64,000 nt of DNA from Escherichia coli (GTDB lineage Bacteria; Pseudomonadota; Gammaproteobacteria; Enterobacterales; Enterobacteriaceae). This document shows, one piece after another, positions 33,329 through 44,500 of this stretch. The notes under the pieces were generated by a model that saw only the letters and a list, made by a program, of their open reading frames with translations, made no database searches and was not told the origin of the DNA. Location: the NCBI RefSeq assembly GCF_003334255.1, contig NZ_QOWU01000012.1; one strand, written 5' to 3'. Numbering within the stretch: the first letter of the stretch is position 1; each line of letters opens with the position of its first letter. Both the position numbers and the translations under genes were made by a program.

Positions 33329-34411
33329 ATGGCTCAGCTTTCGTTACAACATATTCAAAAAATCTACGATAACCAGGTGCATGTGGTGAAGGACTTCAAC
33401 CTGGAAATTGCCGATAAAGAGTTCATCGTGTTTGTCGGCCCGTCGGGCTGCGGTAAGTCGACCACCCTGCGCATGATTGCCGGGCTTGAGGAGATCAGCG
33501 GCGGCGATCTGTTGATCGACGGCAAACGAATGAATGACGTTCCAGCCAAAGCACGCAATATAGCGATGGTGTTCCAGAACTACGCGTTGTATCCGCATAT
33601 GACGGTTTACGACAACATGGCGTTTGGTCTGAAGATGCAAAAAATCGCCAAAGAGGTGATTGATGAGCGGGTGAACTGGGCGGCGCAAATTCTCGGCCTG
33701 CGTGAGTACCTGAAACGTAAGCCGGGGGCGCTTTCCGGCGGGCAACGTCAGCGAGTGGCGCTTGGGCGGGCGATTGTACGCGAAGCGGGCGTGTTTTTAA
33801 TGGATGAACCGCTCTCTAACCTTGATGCCAAGCTGCGCGTGCAAATGCGCGCAGAGATCAGCAAGCTGCATCAGAAACTGAACACCACCATGATCTACGT
33901 GACCCACGATCAGACCGAAGCGATGACCATGGCGACGCGGATTGTGATTATGAAAGACGGGATTGTTCAGCAAGTAGGTGCGCCGAAAACCGTTTATAAC
34001 CAACCCGCGAATATGTTTGTTTCCGGATTTATTGGATCACCAGCGATGAATTTTATTCGCGGCACGATCGATGGCGATAAATTCGTTACGGAAACGCTTA
34101 AATTAACCATTCCCGAAGAGAAATTAGCGGTTCTGAAAACACAGGAAAGTTTGCATAAGCCCATTGTGATGGGAATACGACCGGAAGATATTCATCCGGA
34201 CGCGCAAGAGGAAAATAACATTTCCGCCAAAATTAGCGTGGCAGAATTAACCGGTGCGGAATTTATGCTCTACACCACGGTTGGGGGGCACGAGTTAGTG
34301 GTCCGTGCTGGTGCGTTAAATGATTATCATGCAGGAGAAAATATCACTATTCATTTTGATATGACGAAATGTCATTTCTTTGATGCAGAAACGGAAATAG
34401 CAATTCGCTAA
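33329..34411 (+). CDS. ycjV: Sugar ABC transporter ATP-binding protein YcjV (MalK-like), intact here
   Basis: 360 aa with Walker A GPSGCGKST and the LSGGQRQRVALGRA signature, plus a C-terminal TOBE domain. It is an uninterrupted ORF; it is recalled as a pseudogene in MG1655 (established knowledge). Confidence 0.85.
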   Translation: MAQLSLQHIQKIYDNQVHVVKDFNLEIADKEFIVFVGPSGCGKSTTLRMIAGLEEISGGDLLIDGKRMNDVPAKARNIAMVFQNYALYPHMTVYDNMAFGLKMQKIAKEVIDERVNWAAQILGLREYLKRKPGALSGGQRQRVALGRAIVREAGVFLMDEPLSNLDAKLRVQMRAEISKLHQKLNTTMIYVTHDQTEAMTMATRIVIMKDGIVQQVGAPKTVYNQPANMFVSGFIGSPAMNFIRGTIDGDKFVTETLKLTIPEEKLAVLKTQESLHKPIVMGIRPEDIHPDAQEENNISAKISVAELTGAEFMLYTTVGGHELVVRAGALNDYHAGENITIHFDMTKCHFFDAETEIAIR

Positions 34412-34455
34412 ATACAGGGGGAAGGCATTCCCCCAGGATAATACAAGGAACAATA

Positions 34456-35361
34456 ATGAAAAAGTTATTACCCTGTACCGCACTGGTGATATGTGCGGGA
34501 ATGGCCTGCGCACAGGCCGAGGAAAGGAACGACTGGCACTTTAATATCGGCGCGATGTACGAAATAGAAAACGTCGAGGGTTATGGCGAAGATATGGATG
34601 GGCTGGCGGAGCCTTCAGTCTATTTTAATGCCGCCAACGGGCCGTGGAGAATTGCTCTGGCCTATTATCAGGAAGGGCCGGTAGATTATAGCGCGGGTAA
34701 ACGTGGAACGTGGTTTGATCGCCCGGAGCTGGAGGTGCATTATCAGTTCCTCGAAAACGATGATTTCAGTTTCGGCCTGACCGGCGGTTTCCGTAATTAT
34801 GGTTATCACTACGTTGATGAACCGGGTAAAGACACGGCGAATATGCAGCGCTGGAAAATCGCGCCAGACTGGGATGTGAAACTGACTGACGATTTACGTT
34901 TCAACGGTTGGTTGTCGATGTATAAATTTGCCAACGATCTGAACACTACCGGTTACGCTGATACCCGTGTCGAAACGGAAACAGGTCTGCAATATACCTT
35001 CAACGAAACGGTTGCCTTGCGAGTGAACTATTATCTCGAGCGCGGCTTCAATATGGACGACAGCCGCAATAACGGTGAGTTTTCCACGCAAGAAATTCGC
35101 GCCTATTTGCCGCTGACGCTCGGCAACCACTCGGTGACGCCGTATACGCGCATTGGGCTGGATCGCTGGAGTAACTGGGACTGGCAGGATGATATTGAAC
35201 GTGAAGGCCATGATTTTAACCGTGTAGGTTTATTTTACGGTTATGATTTCCAGAACGGACTTTCCGTTTCGCTGGAATACGCGTTTGAGTGGCAGGATCA
35301 CGACGAAGGCGACAGTGATAAATTCCATTATGCAGGTGTCGGCGTAAATTACTCGTTCTGA
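34456..35361 (+). CDS. ompG: Outer membrane porin OmpG
   Basis: 301 aa; signal MKKLLPCTALVICAGMACA; the C-terminal F is typical of beta-barrels. Confidence 0.93.
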   Translation: MKKLLPCTALVICAGMACAQAEERNDWHFNIGAMYEIENVEGYGEDMDGLAEPSVYFNAANGPWRIALAYYQEGPVDYSAGKRGTWFDRPELEVHYQFLENDDFSFGLTGGFRNYGYHYVDEPGKDTANMQRWKIAPDWDVKLTDDLRFNGWLSMYKFANDLNTTGYADTRVETETGLQYTFNETVALRVNYYLERGFNMDDSRNNGEFSTQEIRAYLPLTLGNHSVTPYTRIGLDRWSNWDWQDDIEREGHDFNRVGLFYGYDFQNGLSVSLEYAFEWQDHDEGDSDKFHYAGVGVNYSF

Positions 35362-35371
35362 TAATGGGCTA

Positions 35372-35452
35372 AATTGCCGGATGCGGCGCGAGTACTTTAT
35401 CCGATCTATAAATGTAGGCCGGATAAGATGCGCTAGCATCGCATCCGGCATT
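35372..35452. repeat. Two REP elements downstream of ompG
   Basis: gccggatgcggcgcgagtactttatccg and tgtaggccggataagatgcgctagcatcgcatccggca. Confidence 0.75.
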
Positions 35453-35471
35453 CAGGCAAGGTAGCTGGTAT

Positions 35472-36470
35472 TTATTTCAGCGTCATATGCGTGGCAACGG
35501 TAATATTCTGTGGTGACGGTTTTCCAGAAATTAAGCGGAATAATAACTCGCAGCTTTGTTGACCTAACTCCTGCGTCGGAACATCGATGCCGCCCGGTGC
35601 AGGCGTTAAAATAAATGACAGCGTTTCATTGCTATAACCCACCACCGCTAACTGCTGCGGAATAGCAATATTTTTCTCTGCTGCCGCACGATAAATGCTC
35701 ATTAATTTCAGGCTGTCAGTGGCAAACACCGCCTCAGGCAACGGTGACTGGCTTAATAATTGCCGTGCTGCTTTTAATGCAGTTTCATGGGTATAACCGC
35801 CATCAACAATCCATTCATCACGCACTGCAATATTATGCGCAGCCAGGCTCTGCTTATAACCATTAACGCGATCAACCGAAACATGGACATCAAGCGGAGC
35901 ATGCAGGCAGGCAATATTTTGATGCCCACTTTCAATTAATGCATCGGTCAACGCAATGCTGTCGCCAAAATTATCGGTATCGACAGAATAAACATGGGCA
36001 TATTGACCTTCAACTTTGCCAATCACCACCACCGGAATATCATATTTATCGAGTTGGGCAAAAAATGACTCATCCGCTGGCGAACTGAGCATAATAATGC
36101 CTTTAATCATTTTCTGCTTAATTTTGCTTTCGCATTTTTGCAGATCTTCTGCCGGATTGTGCGACGTTTGTAATATCACGTCGAAACCTTCTTCTTCAGC
36201 TTTGGCGGTGATGGCATGCAAAACTTCAGAGAAAAACGGATTACCCGCCGTAGTTTTGGTCGAACGGGTAGAAATCACCATAATGGCATCAAAACCCGAA
36301 GAGGTCAGCGCGCGGGCCAGCTTGTTTGGCTGATACTGTAATTCTTCAATGGCCCGTAACACTTTTTCGCGCGCTTCCGGGGAGATATTAGTTTGCTTAT
36401 TCAGCACGCGTGATACGGTGGATTTTGATACGCCTGCAACCCTGGCAATATCATAAATAGTAGGGGACAT
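35472..36470 (-). CDS. ycjW: LacI-family transcriptional repressor YcjW
   Basis: 332 aa; N-terminal [27 protein letters not shown]. Confidence 0.9.
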
Positions 36471-36543
36471 AGGTCAGGAACTCCGTCCGAACGTGAATGC
36501 TGCACATCTTATGGAGTTCGCCGGTCGATGACAACACGGGCAG

Positions 36544-36571
36544 TTGATAATCAATGGCCTGGCCCCCACAT
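36544..36571 (+). promoter_or_regulatory. Putative sigma32 (heat-shock) promoter of ycjXF: TTGATAA-N12-CCCCCACAT
   Basis: -35-like TTGATAA and -10-like CCCCCACAT versus the consensus CTTGAAA/CCCCATNT. ycjX is a reported sigma32 regulon member (established knowledge). Confidence 0.4.
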
Positions 36572-36625
36572 TCATATCCTTACGAATGATTTTTTTTCTG
36601 GTCTTCAGAGCAGCACAGGACAGCA

Positions 36626-38023
36626 ATGAAGCGACTTAAAAATGAACTCAATGCGCTGGTGAATCGGGGTGTCGACAGACATCTGCGCCTCGCTGTAACC
36701 GGACTTAGCCGCAGCGGCAAAACAGCGTTTATCACCGCGATGGTTAATCAGTTGCTTAATATTCACGCCGGAGCACGTTTGCCGCTGTTAAGTGCGGTGC
36801 GTGAAGAGCGCCTGCTGGGCGTGAAACGCATTCCCCAGCGTGACTTTGGCATTCCGCGCTTCACCTATGACGAAGGGCTGGCGCAGTTATATGGCGATCC
36901 ACCCGCCTGGCCAACGCCAACGCGCGGCGTCAGTGAAATCCGCCTGGCGCTACGTTTTAAATCGAATGATTCGCTGCTACGCCACTTTAAGGATACCTCC
37001 ACGCTGTATCTGGAAATTGTGGATTATCCCGGCGAATGGTTGCTCGACCTGCCGATGCTGGCGCAGGACTATTTAAGCTGGTCGCGCCAGATGACGGGCT
37101 TACTCAATGGTCAGCGCGGAGAATGGTCGGCGAAATGGCGAATGATGAGCGAAGGGCTGGACCCGCTAGCGCCTGCCGACGAAAACCGGCTGGCGGACAT
37201 TGCCGCCGCGTGGACCGATTATCTCCACCACTGTAAACAGCAGGGGCTGCACTTTATTCAGCCTGGGCGCTTTGTCTTGCCGGGAGATATGGCAGGTGCG
37301 CCCGCGCTGCAATTCTTCCCGTGGCCGGATGTCGATACCTGGGGCGAGTCCAAACTGGCGCAGGCCGATAAGCATACCAATGCCGGAATGCTGCGCGAGC
37401 GCTTTAATTATTACTGCGAGAAGGTGGTGAAGGGGTTCTATAAGAATCATTTTCTGCGCTTTGACCGCCAGATTGTGCTGGTGGATTGCCTGCAACCTCT
37501 CAACAGTGGGCCACAGGCATTTAATGATATGCGTCTGGCACTGACGCAGCTGATGCAAAGTTTTCACTACGGGCAGCGTACCCTGTTCCGGCGTTTGTTT
37601 TCGCCGGTTATCGATAAGCTATTGTTTGCTGCCACTAAAGCGGACCATGTGACCATCGATCAGCACGCTAATATGGTTTCATTACTGCAACAACTGATTC
37701 AGGATGCCTGGCAAAATGCGGCGTTCGAAGGGATCAGCATGGACTGCCTGGGGCTGGCGTCAGTTCAGGCGACCACCAGCGGCATTATTGATGTTAACGG
37801 TGAGAAAATCCCGGCGCTGCGTGGTAATCGACTTAGCGATGGCGCACCGCTCACTGTTTATCCTGGCGAAGTTCCCGCACGTTTGCCTGGTCAGGCGTTC
37901 TGGGATAAGCAAGGCTTCCAGTTTGAGGCATTTCGTCCGCAGGTGATGGATGTCGACAAACCACTACCGCATATTCGTCTTGATGCTGCGCTGGAATTTT
38001 TAATAGGAGATAAATTGCGATGA
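36626..38023 (+). CDS. ycjX: YcjX, DUF463 P-loop NTPase (GTPase-like)
   Basis: 465 aa; Walker A GLSRSGKT. Confidence 0.85.
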   Translation: MKRLKNELNALVNRGVDRHLRLAVTGLSRSGKTAFITAMVNQLLNIHAGARLPLLSAVREERLLGVKRIPQRDFGIPRFTYDEGLAQLYGDPPAWPTPTRGVSEIRLALRFKSNDSLLRHFKDTSTLYLEIVDYPGEWLLDLPMLAQDYLSWSRQMTGLLNGQRGEWSAKWRMMSEGLDPLAPADENRLADIAAAWTDYLHHCKQQGLHFIQPGRFVLPGDMAGAPALQFFPWPDVDTWGESKLAQADKHTNAGMLRERFNYYCEKVVKGFYKNHFLRFDRQIVLVDCLQPLNSGPQAFNDMRLALTQLMQSFHYGQRTLFRRLFSPVIDKLLFAATKADHVTIDQHANMVSLLQQLIQDAWQNAAFEGISMDCLGLASVQATTSGIIDVNGEKIPALRGNRLSDGAPLTVYPGEVPARLPGQAFWDKQGFQFEAFRPQVMDVDKPLPHIRLDAALEFLIGDKLR

Positions 38024-39081
38024 CCGAACCGTTAAAACCACGTATTGATTTCGACGGTCCTCTGGAGGTCGATCAGAATCCTAAATTCAGGGCGCAGCAG
38101 ACCTTTGACGAAAATCAGGCGCAAAATTTTGCCCCGGCCACGCTCGACGAAGCGCAGGAAGAAGAGGGGCAAGTCGAAGCGGTAATGGACGCAGCGTTAC
38201 GTCCGAAACGCAGCCTGTGGCGCAAAATGGTGATGGGCGGGCTGGCTCTGTTTGGCGCAAGCGTTGTCGGGCAGGGTGTACAGTGGACAATGAATGCCTG
38301 GCAAACCCAGGACTGGGTGGCGCTGGGTGGATGTGCCGCTGGGGCATTGATTATCGGCGCTGGCGTAGGTTCTGTGGTAACAGAGTGGCGGCGCTTATGG
38401 CGCTTGCGACAGCGCGCCCATGAACGCGACGAAGCGCGTGATTTATTGCATAGCCACGGCACGGGCAAAGGCCGCGCATTTTGCGAAAAACTGGCGCAGC
38501 AGGCGGGTATTGATCAGTCGCATCCGGCGCTGCAACGCTGGTATGCCTCAATCCATGAAACGCAAAACGACCGTGAAGTGGTCAGCCTGTATGCGCATTT
38601 GGTCCAGCCAGTTTTAGATGCCCAGGCGCGGCGCGAAATCAGCCGTTCGGCGGCGGAATCAACGTTGATGATTGCGGTCAGCCCGCTGGCGTTGGTCGAT
38701 ATGGCGTTTATCGCCTGGCGCAATCTGCGTTTAATTAATCGCATCGCCACGCTGTATGGCATTGAACTGGGGTATTACAGCCGTTTGCGTCTGTTTAAGC
38801 TGGTATTGCTGAATATCGCTTTTGCCGGAGCCAGCGAACTGGTGCGCGAAGTGGGGATGGACTGGATGTCGCAAGATCTCGCTGCTCGTTTGTCTACCCG
38901 CGCAGCTCAGGGGATTGGTGCAGGACTTCTGACGGCACGACTCGGGATTAAAGCTATGGAGCTTTGCCGCCCGCTGCCGTGGATTGACGATGACAAACCT
39001 CGCCTCGGGGATTTCCGTCGTCAGCTTATCGGTCAGGTGAAAGAAACGCTGCAAAAAGGCAAAACGCCCAGCGAAAAATAA
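38020..39081 (+). CDS. ycjF: YcjF, UPF0283/DUF697 inner-membrane protein
   Basis: 353 aa; 4-bp overlap with ycjX; predicted TM segments. Confidence 0.85.
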   Translation: MTEPLKPRIDFDGPLEVDQNPKFRAQQTFDENQAQNFAPATLDEAQEEEGQVEAVMDAALRPKRSLWRKMVMGGLALFGASVVGQGVQWTMNAWQTQDWVALGGCAAGALIIGAGVGSVVTEWRRLWRLRQRAHERDEARDLLHSHGTGKGRAFCEKLAQQAGIDQSHPALQRWYASIHETQNDREVVSLYAHLVQPVLDAQARREISRSAAESTLMIAVSPLALVDMAFIAWRNLRLINRIATLYGIELGYYSRLRLFKLVLLNIAFAGASELVREVGMDWMSQDLAARLSTRAAQGIGAGLLTARLGIKAMELCRPLPWIDDDKPRLGDFRRQLIGQVKETLQKGKTPSEK

Positions 39082-39140
39082 TGCAATATCGGGTGCTGAC
39101 CGGATATCTTTACGCCGAAGTGCCCGTTTTTCCGTCTTTG

Positions 39141-39158
39141 TGTCAATGATTGTTGACA
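39141..39158. promoter_or_regulatory. Strong palindromic TyrR box TGTCAATGATTGTTGACA upstream of tyrR (autoregulation)
   Basis: Matches the TyrR box consensus TGTAAA-N6-TTTACA; 70 bp upstream of the tyrR ATG. Confidence 0.7.
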
Positions 39159-39228
39159 GAAACCTTCCTGCTATCCAAATAGTGTCATATCATCATATTA
39201 ATTGTTCTTTTTTCAGGTGAAGGTTCCC

Positions 39229-40770
39229 ATGCGTCTGGAAGTCTTTTGTGAAGACCGACTCGGTCTGACCCGCGAATTACTCGATCTACTCGTGCTAAGA
39301 GGCATTGATTTACGCGGTATTGAGATTGATCCCATTGGGCGAATCTACCTCAATTTTGCTGAACTGGAGTTTGAGAGTTTCAGCAGTCTGATGGCCGAAA
39401 TACGCCGTATTGCGGGTGTTACCGATGTGCGTACTGTCCCGTGGATGCCTTCCGAACGTGAGCATCTGGCGTTGAGCGCGTTACTGGAGGCGTTGCCTGA
39501 ACCTGTGCTCTCTGTCGATATGAAAAGCAAAGTGGATATGGCGAACCCGGCGAGCTGTCAGCTTTTTGGGCAAAAATTGGATCGCCTGCGCAACCATACC
39601 GCCGCACAATTGATTAACGGCTTTAATTTTTTACGTTGGCTGGAAAGCGAACCGCAAGATTCGCATAACGAGCATGTCGTTATTAATGGGCAGAATTTCC
39701 TGATGGAGATTACGCCTGTTTATCTTCAGGATGAAAATGATCAACACGTCCTGACCGGTGCGGTGGTGATGTTGCGATCAACGATTCGTATGGGCCGCCA
39801 GTTGCAAAATGTCGCCGCCCAGGACGTCAGCGCCTTCAGTCAAATTGTCGCCGTCAGCCCGAAAATGAAGCATGTTGTCGAACAGGCGCAGAAACTGGCG
39901 ATGCTAAGCGCGCCGCTGCTGATTACGGGTGACACAGGTACAGGTAAAGATCTCTTTGCCTACGCCTGCCATCAGGCAAGCCCCAGAGCGGGCAAACCTT
40001 ACCTGGCGCTGAACTGTGCGTCTATACCGGAAGATGCGGTCGAGAGTGAACTGTTTGGTCATGCTCCGGAAGGGAAGAAAGGATTCTTTGAGCAGGCGAA
40101 CGGTGGTTCGGTGCTGTTGGATGAAATAGGGGAAATGTCACCACGGATGCAGGCGAAATTACTGCGTTTCCTTAATGATGGCACTTTCCGTCGGGTTGGC
40201 GAAGACCATGAGGTGCATGTCGATGTGCGGGTGATTTGCGCTACGCAGAAGAATCTGGTCGAACTGGTGCAAAAAGGCATGTTCCGTGAAGATCTCTATT
40301 ATCGTCTGAACGTGTTGACGCTCAATCTGCCGCCGCTACGTGACTGTCCGCAGGACATCATGCCGTTAACTGAGCTGTTCGTCGCCCGCTTTGCCGACGA
40401 GCAGGGCGTGCCGCGTCCGAAACTGGCCGCTGACCTGAATACTGTACTTACGCGTTATGCGTGGCCGGGAAATGTGCGGCAGTTAAAGAACGCTATCTAT
40501 CGCGCACTGACACAACTGGACGGTTATGAGCTGCGTCCACAGGATATTTTGTTGCCGGATTATGACGCCGCAACGGTAGCCGTGGGCGAAGATGCGATGG
40601 AAGGTTCGCTGGACGAAATCACCAGCCGTTTTGAACGCTCGGTATTAACCCAGCTTTATCGCAATTATCCCAGCACGCGCAAACTGGCAAAACGTCTCGG
40701 CGTTTCACATACCGCGATTGCCAATAAGTTGCGGGAATATGGTCTGAGTCAGAAGAAGAACGAAGAGTAA
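39229..40770 (+). CDS. tyrR: Aromatic amino acid regulon regulator TyrR
   Basis: MRLEVFCEDRLGLTRELLDLLVLRGIDLRGIEIDP... (513 aa) from ATG 39229; AAA+ sigma54-interaction-like domain. Confidence 0.93.
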   Translation: MRLEVFCEDRLGLTRELLDLLVLRGIDLRGIEIDPIGRIYLNFAELEFESFSSLMAEIRRIAGVTDVRTVPWMPSEREHLALSALLEALPEPVLSVDMKSKVDMANPASCQLFGQKLDRLRNHTAAQLINGFNFLRWLESEPQDSHNEHVVINGQNFLMEITPVYLQDENDQHVLTGAVVMLRSTIRMGRQLQNVAAQDVSAFSQIVAVSPKMKHVVEQAQKLAMLSAPLLITGDTGTGKDLFAYACHQASPRAGKPYLALNCASIPEDAVESELFGHAPEGKKGFFEQANGGSVLLDEIGEMSPRMQAKLLRFLNDGTFRRVGEDHEVHVDVRVICATQKNLVELVQKGMFREDLYYRLNVLTLNLPPLRDCPQDIMPLTELFVARFADEQGVPRPKLAADLNTVLTRYAWPGNVRQLKNAIYRALTQLDGYELRPQDILLPDYDAATVAVGEDAMEGSLDEITSRFERSVLTQLYRNYPSTRKLAKRLGVSHTAIANKLREYGLSQKKNEE

Positions 40771-40775
40771 GCGCG

Positions 40776-40810
40776 AATATGCCTGATGGTGCAACACCAT
40801 CAGGCATATT
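40776..40810. terminator. Bidirectional hairpin terminator between the convergent tyrR and tpx (atatgcctgatggtgcaacaccatcaggcatat)
   Basis: 14-bp perfect stem seen in the sequence, flanked by A/T. Confidence 0.7.
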
Positions 40811-40813
40811 AAA

Positions 40814-41320
40814 TTATGCTTTCAGTACAGCCAGAGCTGCTTCGTAATCCGGCTCGGTGGTGATTTCATCCACCAGCTGGCTGAAAATCACATTGTCATT
40901 TTCGTCAATAACCACAACGGCACGCGCTGCCAGACCTTTCAGTGGGCCATCAGCAATTGCCACACCGTAGGCTTGCAGAAATTCAGCGTTACGGAAAGTG
41001 GAGAGGGTGATAACGTTGTTCAGACCTTCTGCGCCGCAGAAACGAGACTGGGCGAACGGCAGATCGGCAGAGATACACAGCACAACGGTGTTGTCGATCT
41101 CGGTTGCCAGTTGGTTAAACTTACGTACTGATGCGGCGCAAACACCGGTATCAATACTCGGGAAAATGTTCAGCACTTTGCGTTTACCCGCAAACTGACC
41201 GAGGGTGACGTCAGACAGATCTTTTGCCACGAGAGTAAAAGTCTGCGCTTTGCTACCCGCCTGCGGGATGGAATTGGCGACTGTAACCGGGTTGCCCTGG
41301 AAATGAACGGTTTGTGACAT
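40814..41320 (-). CDS. tpx: Thiol peroxidase Tpx
   Basis: 168 aa [26 protein letters not shown]... Confidence 0.95.
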   Translation of the reverse strand: MSQTVHFQGNPVTVANSIPQAGSKAQTFTLVAKDLSDVTLGQFAGKRKVLNIFPSIDTGVCAASVRKFNQLATEIDNTVVLCISADLPFAQSRFCGAEGLNNVITLSTFRNAEFLQAYGVAIADGPLKGLAARAVVVIDENDNVIFSQLVDEITTEPDYEAALAVLKA

Positions 41321-41428
41321 GATTATCTTTCCTGTTTACATATAGTTAACGTCACACCTAGTTTATGCTAACTGTCAATAACACAGCAAACGCTATTTGC
41401 GCTTAATCCGCAGACCACCGCGACAACA

Positions 41429-42378
<950 letters not shown>

Positions 42379-42404
<26 letters not shown>

Positions 42405-43107
42405 GATGCCAGCGCAGCAAGTTTGCCATCGCAAAGAGATATTTTTCGCTGGCTTCGTCGGAGGAGATGGGCGGAAACTCTGCGGTGATGCAATGCAAGT
42501 TGAGATCTGCACACCAACTGCCGAAAGAGCCAGGCGTTTCATAACCGACGCTGGTTACCAGAGGCAATTCAAACGCCTGGGCCAGCCATTCACCTAATTC
42601 GCTGTGTCTGGGATCTTCAATACAGGCCAGTGGATCGTGGAATGAGACCACCCAGGCAGGTTGAATGCGGTGTATAAGCTGGCACAGCGCCTGGGTTTCA
42701 GGTTCTGAGCCAGGTTTGTCACCTGTCAGTAATACGACATCACGTTCTTCAGCGGCGCTGTTCCAGCGATAAACCGTTTCACCTTCCTTCCAGTTCGCCG
42801 CCGGAAAGTTTCTGTTTAAATCCACACCATTAGCATTGGCCCGTAACCCCAGCTGGCAGCCGTCAGGATTCGCACACAGCACCACATGATGGCGGCGCAA
42901 AGAAGGTGTCAACGTCCGCAGAGCACAGGAGAGCGTGACGACCGAAGAGTTTTCATCACCGTGAGTGCCAGCCAGAATCAAACCACTTTCGCGGCTGGCT
43001 GCAGGGGCAGGAAACCAGATTAACGGCGCGCCCAATAATGAACGTCCGTAATGTTCTGTTCCGGGCGGAAATGCGCCGCGTTCGGCGCGTGGGCGGGTTA
43101 CGGTCAT
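42379..43107 (-). CDS. mpaA: Murein tripeptide amidase MpaA (M14-like zinc carboxypeptidase)
   Basis: MTVTRPRAERGAFPPGTEHYG... from ATG 43107. The 3' ends of ycjG and mpaA overlap by 26 bp. Confidence 0.85.
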
Positions 43108-43183
43108 GATCGTCTCTGGTTCAGGAAGTATTACAGGCAGTGTTGTGCAAATTTTGCGGATTATCAAATCCTTTTCTTCAACG

Positions 43184-43372
43184 CTATGTCATCGATCTTG
43201 TATCACTTTTTTTGCCGGAAGTTGTTTGCATTTTATTAGTTGGATAGGGTTTGTGGATTTTTGCTGGCTGACGGGCAAATAAAGTTTGTTTAATGGTTTG
43301 CTTATCTGCCAGTTGATTAATCACATGGCGGGCTATCTGACCGCCAGCACCAAGAATCAGTACCTTTTTCAT
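43184..43372 (-). pseudogene. ymjC: ymjC, N-terminal fragment of an NAD(P)-binding (NmrA/SDR-like) protein
   Basis: 62 aa MKKVLILGAGGQIARHVINQL... with a Rossmann GxGGxIA motif, then an out-of-frame tail. Too short for the fold; known deletion remnant in K-12. Confidence 0.7.
43199..43231 (+). repeat. Copy 1 of a ~31-bp near-identical element (tgtatcactttttttgccGGAAGTTGTTTGCATTT)
   Basis: Direct visual match to 45648-45680. It lies ~100 bp upstream of mpaA, inside the ymjC remnant. Confidence 0.7.
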
Positions 43373-43378
43373 GAAAAT

Positions 43379-43443
43379 TATCCCAGATTATTGGCAGCAA
43401 TATGCCAGGCCATATCACTATTGCGGATTTGAATATGTTTCAT
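43379..43443 (-). CDS. ymjD: ymjD, 21-aa expressed deletion fragment (MKHIQIRNSDMAWHIAANNLG)
   Basis: The small ORF starts on the minus strand in the TAATG overlap with the ycjY stop. Confidence 0.55.
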
Positions 43444-44363
43444 TACAGAGTTTCCTCAAAGAACGGAGCTAATACTGAAATTGCTTCAGCCACATAGGCT
43501 TTGCCGTCATAAAGATCCATATGGTTTGCGCCTTCAACAATGTGATAGCGTTTATCCTGGCTTGATGCTCGATCGTACAGGTCGTCACTCATCCATTTGC
43601 TCCCTGCCTGGCTGCCCGCCACAATCTGCGTCGGCTGAGTCAGGTACACTTCCGCCATATGGTAAGCATCATAGGTAATAATCTGGTTAAGGCTGCGCAA
43701 AGTAGCGTAACCCGGTGCTGTTGGATACTGCGCGCGAGGGGTGTGGTAATACTCCCAGGCCTGACGCAGTTCTTCGTTCGGCGCATCGGACTCCTTCATT
43801 GGTGCCAGTGGCATAATGGCGTATTCTCCGCTGCTAATATCGCTGGTTCTGGCGTTTGAACCCGCTTCAACGTATGGCAGGGCATCAATAGATTTCACAT
43901 TGTTTTCCCAACCATTACGGAACATCGAACCAATATTGACTGCACTAACGGTACCGATGGCCTTGATGCGGCGATCCTGAATTGCAGCATTGGCTGTATA
44001 TCCTGCACCGGCACAAATTCCCATCGCACCAATTCGGGTATTGTCGACATAAGAAAGCGTTGTCAGGTAATCAATCACGGCACTGACGTCTTCAGTACGA
44101 ATGTATGGGTTTTCTAACTGACGCGGCTCGCCGCCACTTTCACCCTGATAAGATGCGTCATAAGCAATAGTGACAAATCCCTTTTCCGCCAGTTTTTCGG
44201 CATAGGTCCCGGCCGTTTGTTCTTTAACGCCCCCACCTGGGTGAGATACCACAATTGCCGGATATTGACGGGTTTCATCAAATTTTGGAGGAAAATAGAT
44301 CACTGCAGACAAAGAGATGGTTGGATTATTGCTGTTAGTGAAGCTGACTTTATTATTCATCAT
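43443..44363 (-). CDS. ycjY: YcjY, alpha/beta hydrolase (S9/dienelactone hydrolase-like)
   Basis: MMNNKVSFTNSNNPTISL... (306 aa) with GAGGAA 5 nt upstream of ATG 44363; GXSXG MGICAGAG. Confidence 0.82.
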   Translation of the reverse strand: MMNNKVSFTNSNNPTISLSAVIYFPPKFDETRQYPAIVVSHPGGGVKEQTAGTYAEKLAEKGFVTIAYDASYQGESGGEPRQLENPYIRTEDVSAVIDYLTTLSYVDNTRIGAMGICAGAGYTANAAIQDRRIKAIGTVSAVNIGSMFRNGWENNVKSIDALPYVEAGSNARTSDISSGEYAIMPLAPMKESDAPNEELRQAWEYYHTPRAQYPTAPGYATLRSLNQIITYDAYHMAEVYLTQPTQIVAGSQAGSKWMSDDLYDRASSQDKRYHIVEGANHMDLYDGKAYVAEAISVLAPFFEETL

Positions 44364-44500
44364 TCCGTTCCTCATGGAGTTGTTGGTTCGTTTTAACGGT
44401 TGGTGATATCACTATAGATATTGATCATTAAGTTGATTAGACCCAAAATCATGATTAGACCTATCATTTAAATGATTAATAGATTGTATGGAGATACTGA

